Part shown: positions 30,513 to 42,439 of the stretch, piece by piece
Numbering within the stretch: the first letter of the stretch is position 1
How the letters are laid out: each line of letters begins with the position of its first letter
DNA from: an uncultured Desulfosarcina sp.
Lineage (GTDB): Bacteria > Desulfobacterota > Desulfobacteria > Desulfobacterales > Desulfosarcinaceae
NCBI GenBank assembly: GCA_963674945.2
Contig: CAXXWQ010000001.1
Span: forward strand, 96,001 to 160,000
Reading direction: 5' to 3'
DNA length: 64,000 nucleotides
The notes under the pieces: generated by a model
The model's database searches: none
Told to the model about the DNA's origin: nothing
Seen by the model: the letters and a program-made list of their open reading frames with translations, nothing else
Program-made: the position numbers and the translations under genes

Positions 30513-30823
30513 ATGGTTCTTCCCTCTCCCGATCGATGGAGTGCTTCTCCCGCTTCACCCAGAAACCGGCATTGAGGCATCCCAGGGCCAGGCCGGCGAC
30601 CAGCAGCATGAGCGTCCAGCTGTGAGGACCGGGCCAGTGCAGATCGATCCACACCCCCAAAAAAATGCACAGCACCGTGGGAATCGTTACCGCCCACCCC
30701 ACCACACCGAACATTCCCAGACCGAACCAGATGGGATCCTTTTTTTTCTCCCGGGCCCGCAGTTTGCGTTTTTCCACGGTGTTCACCGCCTCCGGGAACG
30801 TTTTTCGGCGTTTCGGCAGGTCG

Positions 30824-30831
<8 letters not shown>
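30511..30831 (-). CDS. atpQ: N-ATPase AtpQ (AtpZ/AtpI-like)
   Basis: GLGMFGVVGWAV.IP..L..FLG.WID...WTL.LL..G...GC.NA. Confidence 0.85.
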
Positions 30832-32610
<1,779 letters not shown>

Positions 32611-34812
32611 TCATTTCTCGACCCGGCCGGCACAGATGTCGGCGATGTGACCCGTGGTGCGGTCATGGGGGGACTGTCCGGACCGGATCGCCGTTACGTA
32701 GAATCGATCGACGTACTCCCCGACCATCCGGCGGGCGGAAAAGCGGGCTGCGTTGCTGCGGATCGCCTCTTTCATGACCCGAACCCAGCCTTTCGGGCAT
32801 CCGTTATCATCGATATCGTAGTACAGCGGTATGATTTTCTCCTCCAGGAGTCGATAGATCGATTCGGCATCCACGGCCGATCGATCGGCTTCCTGAACGG
32901 CGTCATCTCCGAAGGCCCAACCGTTTTTACCGTTATACCCCTCCATCCACCATCCATCCAGGATGCTCAACTGGGGCACTCCGTTCAAAGCGGCTTTCAT
33001 GCCGCTGGTCCCGCAGGCCTCCATGGGAGGCAACGGATTGTTGAGCCAAAGGTCTACGCCGTGCAGCAGGTACTGGGCGATCTGCTCGCCGTAATCCTCA
33101 ACGAATGCGATACGGCCGGCCATTTGCGGGTCCCGACAGGCATTGAACACTTTTTGAAGGATATGTTTGCCGGGATTGTCGGCCGGGTGCGCCTTACCGG
33201 CAAAAATAATCTGTATGGGGCGCCAGCGGTCGTTGAGCAGTTGCCTGATGCGGTCCAGGTCGGAAAGAATAAGGTCGGCACGCTTGTAAGTCGCAAAACG
33301 GCGGGCAAAACCGATGGTCAGGATGGACGGATCCAGCATGGCCCCTCCGGAAAGCAAAATCGAGGGACTGGCGTTCTCGGTCACCCACCTTTTTCGGCAG
33401 CGTTCCCGGATGGCATCGATCAGCTTGATCTTCAGCCAGTAGTGTGTCTGCCAGAGTTCCTGGTCCGGTATTGTTTCCACCCGTTCCCAGACAGACGGGT
33501 TGTCATGGTCATCCCGCCAGGTGGCTCCCAGATAACGATCATAAAGCAGCTTGCATTTCGGGTCAACCCAAGTGGGGACGTGGACGCCGTTGGTGATCGC
33601 GATGATGGGAACATCTTCGACGGCCCGGTCCGGCCACAGGCAATGCCACATGTTGCGGCTGACCGAGGCATGGTTGCGGCTCACCGCGTTTCGACAGGCC
33701 GATGCCTTGAGTGCCAGCACGGTCATATTGAATCCGTCGTTGGGTTGTTGCGGATGGAGGCCCAGTTCCAAGAAGCGTTCACGATCAATACCCAGATCGG
33801 GCCAGTATGCGTGGAAGTACTTCTCCATCAAGTGAAAAGGGAAGATATCGTGCCCGGCCGGGACCGGCGTGTGTGTCGTAAAGATCGTCCGATTCCGGAC
33901 CATGGCGAAGGCGTCATCGAAGGCCATCCCTTTTCGTATGCAATCCCGAATGAGTTCCAATAAGGCAAAGGCGGCATGACCTTCATTGAGATGGATCAAC
34001 TGGTATCGCAAACCCAGTTTTTCGAGCATCTCGGCACCGCCGATGCCCAAAACGATCTCCTGGCGCAGGCGCTGTTCCAGGTCTCCGGAATAGAGGCGGG
34101 CCGAGATACTCCGGTTCCACGGATCGTTTTGGGGGATATCGGTGTCCATCAGGAAAATCGGGTTGGTGCCGACGGCGATTTTCCATACCGCCACATGAAT
34201 GGGTGGGTCGATCAGGGGAACCTCGACCACGAGCTGTCGCCCGTCGTCGGTGAACACACGCGAAATGGCGGCGGCCTCCCGGTCGAAGGGTTCGTTGATA
34301 TTTTCCTGCCAGCCGTCTTCGCGAATTTTTTGCAGCAGATAGCCCTCGGGATACATGAATCCCACACCCACGATCGGTATGTTCAGATCGCTGCACTCCT
34401 TGATGAAATCTCCGGCCAGAAAGCCCAGTCCGCCGGCATAGAAGGGCAGCGAACGATGCAGGCCGTATTCCGCCGAAAAGTAGGCGGCTGCCGTCGTTGC
34501 CGGAGCCAGGGTCAATTCACCGTTCAGCAGCGGCCGCTCCTTGCGGTTCATATACTCCTGAAAAAGGGACATCGACTCGTTGTAGTGCCGCAAATAGTCC
34601 GGGTTCCTGGCAGCCGCCAGGAGAATGTCCGGTGAAATCTCGCGAAGCATTTTATCCGGGTTGTGCCCGCTTTCCTTCCAGGCCTGCCGATTGAGCATCT
34701 TGAACAGCATGCGTGCCTGCGGTCGCCAGCTCCACCACAAGTTCTGGGACAGATCGGCGAGTCCGGCGATGGGTTCAGGCAGGTTTGGAAAGAGTGTACG
34801 ACCGGTAACCAT
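32611..34812 (-). CDS. glgP: Alpha-glucan (glycogen) phosphorylase
   Basis: YFSAEYG, GGLGFLAGD, HLNEGH, ARRFATYKR and EACGTSGMKAALNG. Confidence 0.95.
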   Translation of the reverse strand: MVTGRTLFPNLPEPIAGLADLSQNLWWSWRPQARMLFKMLNRQAWKESGHNPDKMLREISPDILLAAARNPDYLRHYNESMSLFQEYMNRKERPLLNGELTLAPATTAAAYFSAEYGLHRSLPFYAGGLGFLAGDFIKECSDLNIPIVGVGFMYPEGYLLQKIREDGWQENINEPFDREAAAISRVFTDDGRQLVVEVPLIDPPIHVAVWKIAVGTNPIFLMDTDIPQNDPWNRSISARLYSGDLEQRLRQEIVLGIGGAEMLEKLGLRYQLIHLNEGHAAFALLELIRDCIRKGMAFDDAFAMVRNRTIFTTHTPVPAGHDIFPFHLMEKYFHAYWPDLGIDRERFLELGLHPQQPNDGFNMTVLALKASACRNAVSRNHASVSRNMWHCLWPDRAVEDVPIIAITNGVHVPTWVDPKCKLLYDRYLGATWRDDHDNPSVWERVETIPDQELWQTHYWLKIKLIDAIRERCRKRWVTENASPSILLSGGAMLDPSILTIGFARRFATYKRADLILSDLDRIRQLLNDRWRPIQIIFAGKAHPADNPGKHILQKVFNACRDPQMAGRIAFVEDYGEQIAQYLLHGVDLWLNNPLPPMEACGTSGMKAALNGVPQLSILDGWWMEGYNGKNGWAFGDDAVQEADRSAVDAESIYRLLEEKIIPLYYDIDDNGCPKGWVRVMKEAIRSNAARFSARRMVGEYVDRFYVTAIRSGQSPHDRTTGHIADICAGRVEK

Positions 34813-34869
34813 AGGCTCCTTTGCGCAGCAATGGGGAAGCGGTTGGCATACCCGTTCCCATCGGTTGTT

Positions 34870-35178
34870 CTATAGACGGATGACAGAATTGTGGCCGTCG
34901 CCAAAGGGTGTCGGCAGGGCGCCATCGGCATCGGGCTCGTTGGTCCAATGGGACTGCCCCAACAGATAACGGAACTGGTAGGATTGTCCGACGGCAAGCT
35001 CCATGGTGGTGCTGAAACCACCACTCTTCAGGCGACGCATGGGGGTGGCCGAGGTCGACCAGTCGTTGAACTCACCCACGACATATGCGCTATCGGCCTG
35101 TTTCCCGACGTCTTCCGGCAATTTGAAAGTTACCTTGCACACGGGTCTTGTCTTTAAGAACTGTTTCCGAATGCTCAT
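34870..35178 (-). CDS. Stand-alone glycogen-binding (isoamylase early-set/CBM48) protein
   Basis: CKVTF...VGEFNDW...PM...YQFRYL...W.N. Confidence 0.85.
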   Translation of the reverse strand: MSIRKQFLKTRPVCKVTFKLPEDVGKQADSAYVVGEFNDWSTSATPMRRLKSGGFSTTMELAVGQSYQFRYLLGQSHWTNEPDADGALPTPFGDGHNSVIRL

Positions 35179-35334
35179 GGTTTTACTCCATATCCTGTTG
35201 AGGCAGTCACGTTGCAGTGAATGGCAAAACGGGCGGAATGTTCCTGCACGCCGGTTCAGTCATTCGCTACGCTACTATCGTCTCTTTTTCGTTGTTCCCG
35301 AAAAATCTTCCGGTTTCCTGGAGCCGGACAAGCA

Positions 35335-35796
35335 CTAGTTTGCCTTGATTTGGATCTTTTTCATTTCCGATTGTGCAATTTTGTTCAGGACTACCTTCAA
35401 TACCCCTTTTTTATATGAGGCATCCACAGTTTCCGGATCGACATCGGTGGGCATCTCGATGGTCCTGGAAAACTGCCCGTGGGCACGCTCGACCCTGACA
35501 TAGTTCTTCTCTTTTTCTTCCTTTTCTCGAATCTTCTCACCTTTTATGGTGAGTATTCTACCATCCAGAGAAACATCGATATCCTCCGCATCACACCCTG
35601 GGATCTCGGCCTGTACGGTAATCTGTTTTTCGCTATCGCTGACATCCACTCTCGGTGCCCATCGATCTCCCTTAAAAAAGTCACCGGGAAGAGGAGCGTC
35701 GATGTCAAAAAATCGGTTGAACAGGTTGTCCATTTCGTTTTTAAATCCCACCAGGTCACTTCCCATACGTTTTCTCCAAGGCATCAAATCAAACAT
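35335..35796 (-). CDS. Hsp20/alpha-crystallin small heat-shock protein
   Basis: PRVDV, AEIPG, LTIKGEK, ER..G.F.R and ASYKKGVL; AAAGGAGG RBS. Confidence 0.92.
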   Translation of the reverse strand: MFDLMPWRKRMGSDLVGFKNEMDNLFNRFFDIDAPLPGDFFKGDRWAPRVDVSDSEKQITVQAEIPGCDAEDIDVSLDGRILTIKGEKIREKEEKEKNYVRVERAHGQFSRTIEMPTDVDPETVDASYKKGVLKVVLNKIAQSEMKKIQIKAN

Positions 35797-35954
35797 CTCC
35801 CATCCTCCTTTTGTAAATGGTAATCCGATGTGTATTCTCCCGAACTTTTCCCTTTCACTCGATGAATGATGGACGATCAACGATTTTGCGAGTGAGGATC
35901 AAAATTCCGGTACTGGCAGTGAAAGGCGCGCGTCGGGACGTTACGATTTCTTAC

Positions 35955-35970
35955 AGCAAACCTTATGCCA
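35955..35970 (-). promoter_or_regulatory. Sigma54 (-24/-12) promoter
   Basis: Minus strand TGGCATAAGGTTTGCT (GG-N10-GC), about 160 bp upstream of hsp20. Confidence 0.65.
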
Positions 35971-36679
35971 TGCTTTTAGAGAAATAACCAACGACTCGGC
36001 AATGTCGGCAGGGGTATTGATTGTTACAATGATATCTAAAACTTATATGTTTCGGCAAAAGCAGTCTGGTTCGGTCCAAAGGGGAAGGGTTTCCTATGGG
36101 AATCAGGCCCAATGCGGGTGATGGAATGCCAAAATGGCATGGCCGGACTGATTCCTTGTATTCAGACCGGGGGCGCTGCAACCGGAAACAACACGAACGA
36201 TACGGCACTGACGTGCTTTTGCATATCCGGTCCACGGGCCGGATTTACTGCCCAACCGGTTTCCGGGCGTTCGCTGATTCAGGTGTAAAGACGTTTCCTG
36301 TACAACGATAAGCGGGTTCCATTGGAATTTTACAAAATGTAAAACTTTCTGACAGGCTATGATAGCGCTGCTGCTTTCCCTTTCTCGAACGCGTGGTTGT
36401 TTGCGTTCGGGACATATCCTCCCGGGTTGCAGACAGTCATCATCAAAAAATAACTCCCATCCAGCGTAAAAGATAGCCGATTACGATATTCTTGCCCACG
36501 GCAATGATAAAAGCAAGGTTTGACATTTTTTTGTACATTTTTTGATAATTTTTGATGTTGTCGTCACTGTATTCCACACGGCATAAAAACTTAAAATTCT
36601 GTAATTTCAGCATATATATCTTGGTTCGAACGGTTGGTGCCCTTATTGCTTGTATCTGCCTGCCAAACAGGAGGAACAA

Positions 36680-36994
36680 ATGCGAAAATTATCTGTTATT
36701 GCGATTGTCGGTCTTGCGACCCTATTCCTTTTCGTGTCCATCGCTTTTGCCGGCGCAGACAATCAACCGAAAACAGATCATTCGGACTATTGGCAGGGTG
36801 TCTGGCAAGAATTTAAAAACGACTGGAAGGCGATCGGTGCCGGTTTCAAGGAAACGGGAACCAATATGGGCCATGCTTTTAGAAATGAATTTAGAGAAAT
36901 GCCCGAAAATGTTCGCCAGGGCTGTAAAGAGACGAAAAGCGATTTTCAAACCTTTATCGGTTCCGGGCCCGTGAATTCAACTCCACCAAAGTAG
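36680..36994 (+). CDS. Small exported helical protein, unknown function
   Basis: AGGAGG RBS; signal peptide ending AFA; amphipathic repeats with F-K/R-x motifs. Confidence 0.7.
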   Translation: MRKLSVIAIVGLATLFLFVSIAFAGADNQPKTDHSDYWQGVWQEFKNDWKAIGAGFKETGTNMGHAFRNEFREMPENVRQGCKETKSDFQTFIGSGPVNSTPPK

Positions 36995-37374
36995 TTAATT
37001 CATTCCGTATATTTCACCTTCGGGGTTGCAGTTCGGTCATTTTTGATGGATGCGATGACAGCTCCGTAAGGGTGGCCTTTTTCATCAGACGGTTCGTTGT
37101 CGTGAAAACCACAAAGGGTGAAGAATACCGTCCATAGGATGAATCGTTTCATAGTAAATGACCTCAATGCTGCCGTGTTCCATTGGTTTACAAATAAATA
37201 GTAGTATGGCTTCAATATAAAATAAATGAAAAATATAATCCCAAATCGCGCTGCTTAAATTGACATTTCCATTGTGTTTATGTATTTTAGTAAATGGCAG
37301 AACAATGAATTGTTGCCGATATTCAACACCACTGCGAAGTTACATCAAGTAACGCAATTAGAGGGTGAGAGCAC

Positions 37375-37587
37375 GTGGATATTTGCCAAATAGCAATACC
37401 CGTTTTTTCATGCGGCTCAATATGGGCGTTTGCCGGTACCAGGTATAGACGGCTATGCTTTATTTTCGGTTTATGCGGGCAGCCATTTTGGTTCTACGCG
37501 ACATTTACCGCCAGTCAGTGGGGAATGTTCCTCGTCAGTCTATGGATCACCGGGAACCACATTCGAGGATTGTTAAATCATCGGTAG
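37375..37587 (+). CDS. Small membrane protein
   Basis: GTG start after a GA-rich RBS; hydrophobic; GLCGQPFW...QWGMF pattern. Confidence 0.55.
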   Translation: MDICQIAIPVFSCGSIWAFAGTRYRRLCFIFGLCGQPFWFYATFTASQWGMFLVSLWITGNHIRGLLNHR

Positions 37588-37722
37588 CCGCGAGGATTCC
37601 GTCGTTTGACGGCAGACCGGAAAGGAATGGACATTGCGCAAGTGCCGTTGCGCCGGTTTTTCTCCACGGTCGATGAAGCAGGTGCCTGTGGGATTCATCG
37701 CACCATGGTCTCATCCGGCATA

Positions 37723-38475
37723 TCATTGACGGTACGAAATGATACGGCCACACTTTTCACAAGGGCGAACACAGGAATCATCCCTTCCCAGGTGCGTCTG
37801 CAATTCCGGTCGGGACAACAGGTCATCCAGTTCTCCAGATGCAACCACATGCCCATTCTCCATGATGACCAGGTGATCGGCCAGATTCAGAATTTCATCC
37901 ATTATGTGGCTGACGTAAAGAATGGGAATGGCATACTCACGGGACAGCCGCATGATAAAGGGCAGCACTTCGGATTTGCGGGAAGCATCCAGAGAGGCGA
38001 GCGGTTCATCCATCAGCAGCATGGCGGGGCTGGTCAGCAGTGCCCGGCCGATGGCCACACGCTGTTTTTCACCTCCGGAGAGTCTGGCCGGCCGGCGGTC
38101 GAGCAGATGAGCGATGCCAAGCAGCGCAACCACTGCTTCAAGAGTGACGAAACGGCGCCGTGCCGGCGTCAGGTGCATGCCATAGGTCAGGTTGGCGCGC
38201 ACCGAAAGGTGCGGCAGCAGACGGCCGTCTTGAAAGACATAACCGATCCGGCGCTTTTCCGGCGGCAGGTCTATGCGCCGTTTCGAATCGAACAGGCAAA
38301 GGCCGTTGACGCTTATGCAGCCGGCATCGGGGCGCATCAAGCCGGCCACCATGTTGATGAGCGAAGTTTTTCCGGCACCGGACGGCCCGAACAATGCCGT
38401 AACGCCCGATTCCGGTCCCGTGAAGGCCGCATCAACCAAGAAGTCGCCTTGCCTGCGCGTAAGCTCTATTTCCAA
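37723..38475 (-). CDS. modC: Molybdate ABC transporter ATPase (short, no TOBE domain)
   Basis: GPSGAGKT, RRIGYVFQDGRL.PHL, LSGGEKQRVAIGRALL and DEPLASLD. Confidence 0.9.
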   Translation of the reverse strand: MEIELTRRQGDFLVDAAFTGPESGVTALFGPSGAGKTSLINMVAGLMRPDAGCISVNGLCLFDSKRRIDLPPEKRRIGYVFQDGRLLPHLSVRANLTYGMHLTPARRRFVTLEAVVALLGIAHLLDRRPARLSGGEKQRVAIGRALLTSPAMLLMDEPLASLDASRKSEVLPFIMRLSREYAIPILYVSHIMDEILNLADHLVIMENGHVVASGELDDLLSRPELQTHLGRDDSCVRPCEKCGRIISYRQ

Positions 38476-38481
38476 AACGAC

Positions 38482-39180
38482 TCAACCTTTCATGCGGGCG
38501 TCAAAACGTCGCGCCAGCATTTCCGAACAGACCAGTGCCGCCATGGCGATCAACACCGAGAGGATGCAAAGGCGCATGGCGCCGATTTCTCCGCCGGGCA
38601 CCTGTGTCAGGGTGTACAGGGCCAATGGCAGTGTCTGGGTTTGCCCCCGAATATTGGAAACGAAGGTGATCGTGGCCCCGAATTCGCCCAAACTTCGCGC
38701 AAAGGCGAGAATCAGGCCGGTGATGATGCCGGGTACCATCAACGGAAGGGTGACCGTGAAAAAAACCCGCAGCGGTCCGGCGCCCAAGGTGCGTGCGGCC
38801 GATTCCAGCCCCTGGTCCACACTCTCCAGGGAGAGTCTCACGGCCCGCACCAGCAGGGGAAATGACATCACCGCCGCCGCCAGAACAGCCCCCTTCCAGT
38901 TGAATGCCAATACAATGCCCAGATATTTGTAAAGTGCCGCCCCGATCAAACCATTGCGTCCCAGCAGCACCAGCAGCAGGTATCCGGTGACCACCGGCGG
39001 CAGTACCAGGGGCAGGTGCACCAATCCGTCCAGAATGTTTTTGCCCGGAAAACGCAGGCGCGCCAGAACCCACGCGACCAGGATGCCGATGGGCAGGCTG
39101 GCGGCCACGGCCCACCACGAAACCCACAGGCTCAGGCGCAGGGCTTCGACTTCGACGTCGGTCAGATTCCACAAATGCAT
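38482..39180 (-). CDS. modB: Molybdate ABC transporter permease
   Basis: HLPLVLPPVVTG; FARSLGEFGATITF. Confidence 0.95.
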   Translation of the reverse strand: MHLWNLTDVEVEALRLSLWVSWWAVAASLPIGILVAWVLARLRFPGKNILDGLVHLPLVLPPVVTGYLLLVLLGRNGLIGAALYKYLGIVLAFNWKGAVLAAAVMSFPLLVRAVRLSLESVDQGLESAARTLGAGPLRVFFTVTLPLMVPGIITGLILAFARSLGEFGATITFVSNIRGQTQTLPLALYTLTQVPGGEIGAMRLCILSVLIAMAALVCSEMLARRFDARMKG

Positions 39181-39974
39181 TACCTGACTTCAAACCCATA
39201 CTTCTCAAACACGGCCCGGGCTTCGGCTGTTTTTAGGAAATCCAGGAACTTATGGGCTCCATGGATTTTTTCGCCCGCCACGGCCGCCACCGGGTAGACA
39301 ATGGGCGGATGACTCTCCGTGGGAAACGTGCCGACCACGCGCACCTTTTTGGAGATGGCCGCATCGGTGGCATATACCTGCCCGAGAGGCGTCTCGGCAC
39401 GCTCCACCAGCACCAGGGCCGCGCGCACATCCTTCATGGGGGCCAGACGGCCCTTGACCTGATCCCACAATCCCAGGCGTTCCATGGCATTCTTGCCATA
39501 CATGCCGGCCGGTACGTGCTCGGGATCGCCCATGGAAAGACGGCCATCGCTGCCCAGCAACGCGGCCAGATCCAGTCCCTCCTTTACCTCTACGGTTTGA
39601 ATCGCGCTTTGCAACGGCGCGATCAGAACGATGCGGTTGCCCAGAAGATCAAACCGCGACGCCTTTTCGATGGCACCTTTTTCCGCGAGAAAATCCATCC
39701 ATTTTTTGTTGGCCGAAAGATAGACATCTGCAGGCGCGCCGCTGGCAATCTGCTTGGCCAGCGTCGACGAAGAGGCAAAAGATGTCGTGATATGTCCCCG
39801 TCCCTTGGCCGCAAAGAGATCGCCGATTTCCGTGATGGCGTTGGTGGTGGATGCGGCGGCAAAAACGACGACCTCATCTTCCGCGGCGATCCCGTTCTCT
39901 GCGGAAAGTCCCATTCCCATTGCGGTCAGCATCATCACCACAAACAAGAGAAATCGTCGTTCTCCAAATTTCAT
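39180..39974 (-). CDS. modA: Molybdate-binding periplasmic protein
   Basis: VFAAAS, FASSSTLAKQI, VPAG.Y, DVRAAL and VY.TDA; AAAGGAG RBS. Confidence 0.92.
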   Translation of the reverse strand: MKFGERRFLLFVVMMLTAMGMGLSAENGIAAEDEVVVFAAASTTNAITEIGDLFAAKGRGHITTSFASSSTLAKQIASGAPADVYLSANKKWMDFLAEKGAIEKASRFDLLGNRIVLIAPLQSAIQTVEVKEGLDLAALLGSDGRLSMGDPEHVPAGMYGKNAMERLGLWDQVKGRLAPMKDVRAALVLVERAETPLGQVYATDAAISKKVRVVGTFPTESHPPIVYPVAAVAGEKIHGAHKFLDFLKTAEARAVFEKYGFEVR

Positions 39975-40123
39975 TTCCATCTCCTTTGATTCGTTGAATT
40001 CAAACCGGGTGTTTTGACCCTGGAGCCAACCCGAACGGTACGGCACGAATGTGCTTTTGGATATCCGGTCTACGGCCGGACATCCATGCAACCGCTTTTC
40101 GGGTGGTCGTTGACGTAAGGGGT

Positions 40124-40837
40124 TCATCCAAAATTGCATTTCCCAAAGCACGATGGCGCCGGCTTGCAGTTTTCCGTTCTTGCATCCACGATTGCCGCAT
40201 CCGAATCGGGAAAATCGAATAGCCGGCCGGAACGAATAACGCCGATACGGTCCGCCAGGAGACGTGCTTCCTCCCAATTGTGAGTCACGAAAATCGTGGT
40301 GATTTTCAATTGCCTTTGATGGTTTTTCAACTCAATCCGAAGTCGCTTTGCATTTTCTGTATCCAGGCTGCTAAACGGTTCATCGAGAAGCAAAATTCGC
40401 GGATCGGTGGCGATGGCCCTTGCCAAGGCCGCCCTTTGTTTCTCACCTCCGCTCATCTGGCTCGGATGTCGATCCGCCAAAGCTGAGATGCTGAACCTCT
40501 GCAGCAGTGCATCCGTCTTTTCCAACACTGCCCGACGTTCCAATTTCAGGTGCGCCATGGCCAGCATCAAGTTTTTACGGACAGTCAGGTGAGGAAAAAG
40601 AAGCAGGTCTTGAAAAAGATAACCGACCCGCCGCCGATATGGCGGCAGGCCATCGACGCGGTCCCCATTGAAAAAGATCTGTCCGGTGCAGGGCAGCAGT
40701 CCCGCAATTACCTGCAACAATGTGCTTTTGCCACACCCCGAGGGACCCAGCAGCACAAAGAACTCGCCTTCAGCGACCTTCAGGTCAACCCCGGCAAGCA
40801 CACGTGCGGAAACCTTTTCCATTCGGATCGTCGTCAC
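40124..40837 (-). CDS. ABC ATPase of a second oxyanion-type transporter
   Basis: GPSGCGKS, MSGGEKQR, LLDEPFS and FVTH. Confidence 0.9.
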   Translation of the reverse strand: MTTIRMEKVSARVLAGVDLKVAEGEFFVLLGPSGCGKSTLLQVIAGLLPCTGQIFFNGDRVDGLPPYRRRVGYLFQDLLLFPHLTVRKNLMLAMAHLKLERRAVLEKTDALLQRFSISALADRHPSQMSGGEKQRAALARAIATDPRILLLDEPFSSLDTENAKRLRIELKNHQRQLKITTIFVTHNWEEARLLADRIGVIRSGRLFDFPDSDAAIVDARTENCKPAPSCFGKCNFG

Positions 40838-41631
40838 TGGCCAATTCCCAACATGGATGGATCATCTGAAAGCGGGGCACCGATCCAGCGCAGGACCAGC
40901 AGCAAAAAAAATCCGGTCATAATCAATAGCCAGGCGCACACAAGGGCGATTCCCAGCTCACCGCTGGAGATATTCAAAAATACGGCGATGGGCAGCGTTT
41001 CGGTTTTAAAACGGGTCGCCCCCGCCACCATCAGGGTCGCGCCGAATTCGCCTACCGCCCGCGCCCAGCAGAGCACCACACCACTGAGAAGAACCGGTCC
41101 GGCCATGGGCAGGGCCACCCGCAGAAAAACCTGGCTGGGTTTCAACCCCAGTGTCTGTGCAGCCTGTTCGAAGCGTGTGTCGATGGCCGCGAAAGCCGCT
41201 CGACTGGTTCGGGTCATGATGGGTGTGGCGATCAGGGTCTGGGCCAAAATAGCCCCCCACGGGGTGAACAGCAGTTCGATTCCCAACCGGTCCAGTACTT
41301 GGCGCACCCCGTCGCTACCCAGAAGAAAAAGAAGACCCACGCCGGCCACCAGCGGTGTCATGGTCATCGGCAGGTCGACCAGGGTATCGATCAAGATTTT
41401 ACCCCTGAAGACCTGGCGCGCCAGGAAATGACCGGCGGGCACACCCAGAAGTACCGCGATCATCGTTGCCGTGCCCGATGTCAGCAGCGTAAGGCATAGA
41501 GCAAAGCGAATTTCAGCAGATGCAAACGTCGCCAATGCCTGGGAAAGCGGTAGGTGAATAAAAAGTCCTGCCAACACCCCGGTAATGAGAAGAACGAGCA
41601 GACCGGTGGATACCAATGAGGCGCAACGCAT
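40834..41631 (-). CDS. ModB-like permease of the second transporter
   Basis: DLP...PLVAG; WARAVGEFGAT. Confidence 0.85.
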   Translation of the reverse strand: MRCASLVSTGLLVLLITGVLAGLFIHLPLSQALATFASAEIRFALCLTLLTSGTATMIAVLLGVPAGHFLARQVFRGKILIDTLVDLPMTMTPLVAGVGLLFLLGSDGVRQVLDRLGIELLFTPWGAILAQTLIATPIMTRTSRAAFAAIDTRFEQAAQTLGLKPSQVFLRVALPMAGPVLLSGVVLCWARAVGEFGATLMVAGATRFKTETLPIAVFLNISSGELGIALVCAWLLIMTGFFLLLVLRWIGAPLSDDPSMLGIGQ

Positions 41632-41641
41632 GTTAAGCGGA

Positions 41642-42439
41642 TCACTTTCCCAAGGGTACAAAGCCGTACCGCTCAAACACGGTGACGGCGTTCGGAGAAC
41701 TCAGGTAATCGCGCATTTGATCGGACAACTCGGGTTGCAATGTCGAATCGAGAACGGCCGCCGCGATGATTTCCGCCTGGAAGTACTCAGGAGGAATGGG
41801 CACGATGGCGATCCTGTCACGGTTCTGAAAGGCATCGGACCTTCCGATGATGGCCGCGTCCACGCTTCCCTGGCTGACGTACAGGGCAAGCTGCTTGACC
41901 GTAGCGCCATACACGGCGACATTGTTTACGATGGCGTCCTTCTGGCCCGATCTCTCGCAGATCGTCATGGCCGTTCGGCCAAAGGCCATGGCCTTGGGAT
42001 CGCCCATGGCCAGCTTGACGTCCGGTTTCGCTAGATCCTCGAAGGCTTTAATCCGTTCCACCCGGGTGATATTGACGCCGATGACCGGCGTATGCTGCGC
42101 AATCCGCCGATAGGAGCGGATCTTGCCTGATTTCTCGAGTTTTTCGATGTAAAAAAAGGCGCCGGGAATATACACATCCCCTTTGCCGGAAGCAATGATC
42201 CGGGCTAACAGTTGCCCACTGCCGCCATAATCGATAACCACCCGATGGCCGGTTTGGGTTTCGAAGTCTTTTGTCAGATGGTCCACGGGCGGGCGCAGTC
42301 CGGCCCCCACGAACAGATGCAGTTCTCCGGCGCCGGCCACTTGAAAAAGGCTCATGGCGAGAACAAAAGCAAACCCGCCAAAAAATGCAGTCAGCGTTGG
42401 GCTTTTCATCTTCTGTCTCTTTTCAGCTGCTGCTTTCAC
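41642..42439 (-). CDS. ModA-like periplasmic binding protein with divergent ligand loop
   Basis: FVGAGLRPP, YGGSGQLL, GDPKAMAFG and VDAAI. Confidence 0.8.
   Translation of the reverse strand: MKAAAEKRQKMKSPTLTAFFGGFAFVLAMSLFQVAGAGELHLFVGAGLRPPVDHLTKDFETQTGHRVVIDYGGSGQLLARIIASGKGDVYIPGAFFYIEKLEKSGKIRSYRRIAQHTPVIGVNITRVERIKAFEDLAKPDVKLAMGDPKAMAFGRTAMTICERSGQKDAIVNNVAVYGATVKQLALYVSQGSVDAAIIGRSDAFQNRDRIAIVPIPPEYFQAEIIAAAVLDSTLQPELSDQMRDYLSSPNAVTVFERYGFVPLGK

Noticed and set aside
36096..36311. ORF with a PilZ-like RxxxxR segment
   Set aside because: The D/NxSxxG motif is absent and the ORF is too short; at most a decayed fragment.
37000..37152. Signal-peptide-like start MKRFILWTVFFTLCGF
   Set aside because: The frame ends after 50 aa with no recognisable domain, so I cannot support it as a gene.
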